From Planctomycetota bacterium (lineage in GTDB: Bacteria; Planctomycetota; SZUA-567; H5-PLA8), in NCBI GenBank assembly GCA_038227875.1, contig JBBRPR010000024.1, forward strand, positions 1-64,000: a stretch of DNA of 64,000 nucleotides, in the 5' to 3' direction. This document shows positions 59,057 to 64,000 of the stretch, piece after piece. The notes under the pieces were generated by a model. The model had not been told where the DNA came from. It was given only the letters and a program-made list of their open reading frames with translations, and searched no databases. Made by a program: the position numbers and the translations under genes. The stretch's first letter is position 1. Each line of letters opens with the position of its first letter.

Positions 59057-61198
59057 GTGCCGGCCGATATTAATACGCTGATCCAGCGACTCTCGCACCG
59101 CGACTGTCGATTTCGCAGTAACATTGCGCAACAGCTCGTGGAGTTGGGAGCCGACGCGGAGCCCGCTTACGATACGATTGTCGCGATGCTCGAAGGCAAG
59201 CATCCGGACAATTTCTACGACTGGCACGAACTTACTTTCGTCCTCAAAAACGTCGACACCGCCAAGAAGCGGCCTGCGCCGCCGCGAACCCGCGCCGCCC
59301 TGGTTCACGCTATGAAGGAACTCAGCACGTGGATTAAGTTGAAGGACCTGGTTCACGAGATATCAACGTTGGGCTCCTATATTCTTCCGGCGGTGCTCGA
59401 CGCGTTGCCTGGCAATCCGTATTACTACCTGACTGTATTGTTCGTCATGGGCCCCGACGCCATTCCGGCCCTTCCGGTCCTGTTGGAATACAGCCGAAGC
59501 CAAGGTAAAAATCGCCTTCAGGGGTTGGCCTGTCTGACAATGCTGGGCATTTACACGCCCGAGGTCGAAAGCGCTTTTCGACAGGCTTTTGCAGAAATAC
59601 CGGATCCGGAAAACCTGATCAACGGTGTTGGGCGCATGGGACCCTTGGCCGGCAATCTCGTCCCGCTGCTGCATCACTATCTCAAGGACGCCAATCCCGG
59701 CGGCATTGCATCCACCGAAACCATCAGCGAAATGCGGTTCCGGCTGAGAATTTCCACCGAACGCAAAACGGCCGCGGCCCGGTCACTTGCCTCGATGGGT
59801 CCGCGCGCCCGGATTGCAGTTCCGGAGTTGATGACCTGCGCCAGGAGTAGCGACAAGGACTTGCGCCAGGCCGCGATGAACGCGTTCGCTCTTATGGGCG
59901 TCGAAGCGCGGAGCGCCGTGCCTTTATTGGAAGCACTCGGCAAACGCGAACGCTTTCCAGAAGTGCTCGCGTCGCTGCGCAGTACATTGAACCTTCTGAA
60001 ATGGACGGCTCCCATCGGGCGTTCTGCAGGGTCTCCGGTTGAGCTGGGAGAATTCATAGATGCCAAGCCTGACCCGGAAGCGTTGAAGTTGGCGCTTCAG
60101 CGGTGCCCCGACTTGATTTCCGAAAACCATGATACGCGAGTCTTCGCCGCACGAGACCTGCTAAGTTTCATCGGTCAACAAAAGCCGTTCGCGGACGCGA
60201 TCGTTCCAGCCGTGGTTAAGGCTCTCGAAAGTCCCATTTGGGAGAATGACCGTTGGCCGCTGCCCATTGAAATTTTGCATGAACTGGGTCCGCATGCCGT
60301 CGGTGCCGCACCGGCCGTCCTGCGCTGGCTGGCACAGAACCCGCAGACAGATAAGTTCTGGATCTTGCGAGATCTACAATTCAATTGCCAGGAGGTGCTG
60401 CCGGACTTGATTCGCATACTCGAATCCAAAGACCGCAGTCAAGTCGGCTGGATATTTTCAATCCTCGAAATCCTCGGCTCGCGCGCGCAGGCTGCAGTTC
60501 CTGAGGTCAGCACGTGGCTGGACGACGCCGTTCTGGGTCTGGCCGCCGCCAATACGCTGGCCAGTCTGGATCCGAATCAGGAACACGCTGACCGCGCGCT
60601 CCGCGTCGCTCACTCGTGGCCCGCTGAATACGATGGCGAGAGGGCCTTGCGCGTGGCTCGCATCGCCGCGCGGCTGGGCCCGAAGGCCGCCGCCGCCGTG
60701 CCCGAACTTACCGGCTACGTCTCCGCCGAATACTTGATCTTCAATCCCTTTAAAAACTACAAGCACTGGAATCTCACCTCCGCTTCCATCACCGCGCTGG
60801 GAAGCATCGGTCCCGCCGCGTCCGCCGCCGTGCCCAATCTCATCGGCGCGCTGGTTGCCGAGGTGGGTTCAGCTTTCGACGCATTGGTTCTCATCGGTCC
60901 CGCCGCCGCCCCGCACCTCCTACCCATGTTCGATCACCCCAACAGCCAGATGCGCATGAACAGCATCTGGATCTGCGCCCTGATCCAGCCCGACTCCACC
61001 GCATACGTCAGCGCCTTGCGCGCGGCCTTAAACGATGTCGAACCGGTAGTCCGCTGGTTCGCCGCCTGGGCGCTCAAATGCGCCGGCCCAAAAGCTCAGA
61101 GCACCGCCGCAGCCCTGCACGCCCTCTCAACCCGCGACACAGACAGCGAAGTCCGCGCCATCGCCGCGGAAGCGCACGCTGTCGTCACTCGCAACTGA
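59057..61198 (+). CDS. HEAT-repeat protein
   Basis: Many L..MGP.A..AVP.L units; AAGGA RBS before GTG. Confidence 0.88.
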   Translation: MPADINTLIQRLSHRDCRFRSNIAQQLVELGADAEPAYDTIVAMLEGKHPDNFYDWHELTFVLKNVDTAKKRPAPPRTRAALVHAMKELSTWIKLKDLVHEISTLGSYILPAVLDALPGNPYYYLTVLFVMGPDAIPALPVLLEYSRSQGKNRLQGLACLTMLGIYTPEVESAFRQAFAEIPDPENLINGVGRMGPLAGNLVPLLHHYLKDANPGGIASTETISEMRFRLRISTERKTAAARSLASMGPRARIAVPELMTCARSSDKDLRQAAMNAFALMGVEARSAVPLLEALGKRERFPEVLASLRSTLNLLKWTAPIGRSAGSPVELGEFIDAKPDPEALKLALQRCPDLISENHDTRVFAARDLLSFIGQQKPFADAIVPAVVKALESPIWENDRWPLPIEILHELGPHAVGAAPAVLRWLAQNPQTDKFWILRDLQFNCQEVLPDLIRILESKDRSQVGWIFSILEILGSRAQAAVPEVSTWLDDAVLGLAAANTLASLDPNQEHADRALRVAHSWPAEYDGERALRVARIAARLGPKAAAAVPELTGYVSAEYLIFNPFKNYKHWNLTSASITALGSIGPAASAAVPNLIGALVAEVGSAFDALVLIGPAAAPHLLPMFDHPNSQMRMNSIWICALIQPDSTAYVSALRAALNDVEPVVRWFAAWALKCAGPKAQSTAAALHALSTRDTDSEVRAIAAEAHAVVTRN

Positions 61199-61202
61199 TT
61201 TC

Positions 61203-61408
61203 AGCCACGGAGTGGCGACATATAGTAGCCCACGGCGTAAGCCGTGGGTTATCGACGCGCGAATCCAAAAGCCCCGGCAGGGGCGACATCCAACGTTTGC
61301 CGCCCCGCTGGGGCTCCTCAATTTTCACGGTCCGCGCACCCATGGCCCATTCGATTTACTCAGGGCAAGCTCACGCCATGGGCTACTGCATGCCGCCACT
61401 CCGTGGCT
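61203..61408. repeat. Inverted doublet of the three-hairpin repeat
   Basis: agccacggagtggcgaca..gtagcccacggc.. and inverted ..gccatgggctac..tgccgccactccgtggct. Confidence 0.85.
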
Positions 61409-61479
61409 AACGGCGAGCGCCGGGCCTTCGGCCCTTAAATAACGCCATGATGGCGCGAAAAATGGATTGCCAAGCCGTC

Positions 61480-61594
61480 GGACCCAACGGGTCCATTTAT
61501 GTCAGCGAAGGGCAAGGAGCATGGACGCGCATGCGTCCACGCTCCGCAGCCCTGGAAAAATGCGCGCCGTTTCAAAATTGTCCTGAAGGGACAA
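61480..61594 (+). repeat. Variant three-hairpin repeat
   Basis: ggacccaacgggtcc ... agcgaagggc..gcagccctgg ... ttgtcctgaagggacaa. Confidence 0.55.
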
Positions 61595-61652
61595 CTTAGA
61601 ACGCGCCGCCAATCCGCGAAAACGCCGCGCGCGCAATCATGAAACGAAAAAA

Positions 61653-62778
61653 CTACGGCGTACCGCCCGCAGGCATTACCACCCGAAAACCGACGTAGCT
61701 GCCGCGGGCAAGGGGAAAAAAGAGCCACTCGCGGCCAGCCGACCGACAGTCCACGGAGGGATTGCCGCTCCACCCACCGCCACGCAACAAACGTCCGGTA
61801 CCTTGATCCGGACCTTGCGGATTCTCTACCGGAGATTTGGAGTAATAGTCTTCACCGTACCAGTCCTGACACCATTGCCACACATTGCCATGCATATCGT
61901 AAAGCCCAAAGGCATTCGCTTCCTTCTGGCCAACAGGATGCGTTGTATTTGTACTGTTCACGCCATACCAGGCCACGCGTCCGAGATCGGCTTCAGCATC
62001 GCCGGAATAGTATGTCGTCGTCGTTCCGGCCCGGCAGGAATATTCCCATTCCGCTTCGGTGGGCAGGCGAACCGACTGCCTTGTCCGCTCTGTTAACGTC
62101 TTGCAGAATTCCTGCGCATCGTCCGATGAAACCGTCTCAACCGGGTTGTCCTTACCCTTGAACTTGCTGGGATTCGTCCCGATCAATTGCTGATATTGCT
62201 CCTGCGTCACATCGTATTTCCCCATGTAAAACGGCTGAGCCAGCGACACCGGGTGCGCCGGCTTCTCGTTCTTGAATGCACATTTGAAACGCGCTTCCGC
62301 AGCCGCATATTCTAACCGCGCCACCCGTAGCCCATCCATCGATCGCCGCCAATGCAACCCGCTCAGCACACCCGCCCGTCGCGAGCGTAACCAACAGCAG
62401 CAGCCCCAGCGATACCTGCGGTCGGCGGCGCCCGCGGATCCCTTGCACAAGCACGAACCCCAGCAAAATCCCCAACGCACCCCCGCTCGCCGCCAGACAC
62501 GCTATCCCCGTGACGATCTTCCGATTGAATCCGGCCTCATCCACCGGCGTGGGCGAAGGCGTCCCCATCACAAATTTTCCAGCGGGGATCAGCACGAGTT
62601 CCAGCTTGACGTTGTCGCCCAACTCGAGCGTCTTCATGGCCGGAAGGTTGGCGCGCTTGGCGTAATCGGCGACCGACTCCACGCCATCCCAAAGCGGCCA
62701 AAGCGGATAGTCGCGCGCGGATTCAGCCGCCGCCAGCGAGCTCGCGAGCAGAAGGAGAAGTAACATCAACAGACGCAT
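61653..62778 (-). CDS. FGE-sulfatase domain protein, paralog of 1573-2649, frameshifted near 62365-62378
   Basis: YPLW..DG.ESVADYAKR.NL N-terminus in one frame; LPTEAEWEYSCRAG and NAFGLYDMHGNVWQW...GFRVV in another. Confidence 0.85.
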
Positions 62779-62887
62779 GCGTGAAGCGTAGTAAATTGGC
62801 CGCGCGCATGCCATGTAGTTGTCCCGATCTCCACCGCGTGCTACCCCATAAAGAATTCGTGCCACGCGCCCATCCAGCACAAAAGCT

Positions 62888-62997
62888 GCTCATTCACGCT
62901 CATTCGTGCTCGTTTACGCTCATTCCTGCTCAAACACGCTCATTTAAGCTCATTTGCTATCATTCGCTCTCATTTCAGCTCAAATGTGCTCATTCAC
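62888..62997 (+). repeat. Phased tandem array, 11 x 10 bp (consensus GCTCATTYnn)
   Basis: Units begin every 10 bp from 62888 to 62988. Confidence 0.85.
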
Positions 62998-63693
62998 CAG
63001 ATTTCCCTTGATTTTCGGGGTCGAGAGTTGCTTATTATATATGGACATTCTTCATTGCCGCAACGCACGCCACCCCCATGGGAAATCGAAAATTGAAAAT
63101 CAAAAATCGAAAATGGAAATAGACCTGCACCATGAAAACCCCGCCACACTCACTTCTACAACTCCTTAACCGTCGAAATATAGTTAAGATTTATACATGA
63201 ATTTTAAAGATTTTACTTGACTTTTGCGTTTCTCGACCGCATGGATATTATAGGAAATCCACGTATTGCACCGCGCTGGGTCGCCAGATGCGTCTTCACC
63301 GTGCAAAATCTAACCGGACCGCGACCGTACGCTGCTTTCAGGACTGCCCATAAATCGCGCCCCAGAAGCCTGTGCGAGCCTCCGCAACCCATACCTGATG
63401 AAATGCCCAGATGATTGCCAGACCGTTTCACAGGCGCCTGGAACGTAAAAGAAAGGACACGCCAATCACCACGAAGTCCGCATACCCACCCACTATAAGG
63501 AGACCCCAATACAGCGCCCAGCGCCCACCATTCTAATCCGCAATCCGCAATGACGTTCCCCCACCTCGGGCACCTGCGCCAGAGACCCCATACCCTGTAA
63601 CATTTTGTAACATTCGGTCACATCCACCTTGTGCACGACCCGGAATTTGACCCATGAATCCCGTACAATGCCCCATGACCAATGACTCTGTTC

Positions 63694-63721
63694 TTGACGC
63701 ACCCCGCACACTCTTTATAAC
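63694..63721 (+). promoter_or_regulatory. Sigma-70-type promoter of tig
   Basis: TTGACG-16 nt-TATAAC. Confidence 0.6.
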
Positions 63722-63851
63722 CACTTCGGACGTAAGATGCCCCGTGGTTTGCGGGGCTTCGTTTTTCTAGTGGATGGTCATACAGCCGCGCGGCGTTGGC
63801 CGCATCCTGGCTCACGATCCCATTTACGCTTTCAGAGAAGGAACACGACTG

Positions 63852-64000
63852 GTGAGTAAACTGATGCCGGACACCGACCGGGCCGACGAGCCCATCGCAG
63901 TAAACACCAACGTCAAGGACTCGGGCACCTGGGCCAAGTCGCTGGGCGTCACCATCACCAAGGACCTCGTGGACAAGGAGTTCGGCGCCGTCGCCGGTGA
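63852..64000 (+). CDS. tig: Trigger factor, 5' part only (truncated by the window end)
   Basis: Manual translation MSKLMPDTDRADEPIAVNTNVKDSGTWAKSLGVTITKDLVDKEFGAVAG resembles the ribosome-binding N-domain. The start could be ATG 63864. Confidence 0.65.
   Translation, partial: MSKLMPDTDRADEPIAVNTNVKDSGTWAKSLGVTITKDLVDKEFGAVAG

Noticed and set aside
62888..62997. CRISPR array
   Set aside because: The units are 10 bp with no spacers, and there are no cas genes.
62780..63850. Replication origin or tRNA upstream of tig
   Set aside because: There is an AT-rich patch but no cluster of TTATCCACA-like boxes, no dnaA or dnaN, and no cloverleaf or T-loop sequence.

Overview
A GC-rich bacterial chromosomal segment, most likely from an uncultured Planctomycetota-type organism. 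This is inferred from the ECF sigma/FecR pair, Ser/Thr kinase, DUF4912, FGE-sulfatase, HEAT/WD40/PKD proteins and R-x-Q-F-S-L-type membrane motifs. Housekeeping genes are hutU, hutG, mce, typA, rnc, bdhA, aroC, lspA, pyrD and the 5' end of tig. They are interspersed with lineage-specific exported or membrane proteins, two clan-A-type glycoside hydrolases, a DUF433/PIN toxin-antitoxin pair and one REP-associated tyrosine transposase (RAYT). I found no rRNA, tRNA, CRISPR array or reverse transcriptase. The main unexplained signals are: (1) a family of small two-TM proteins with conserved ends (HLST...YGWP...RRRE) and variable middles, with a junction repeat and a collapsed 12-aa member; (2) two FGE/CLec paralogs whose C-termini have a DGR-like variable-region pattern, although no RT is in the window; (3) many REP-like hairpin families and inverted heptamer arrays, one of which encloses a cargo gene; (4) a roughly 180-nt structured RNA candidate; (5) three AATT-centred palindromes with a dif-like half site; (6) a phased 11 x 10-bp array; and (7) many apparently leaderless genes. 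Several frameshifts and one internal stop may be assembly errors. All calls are by eye, with no database searches.
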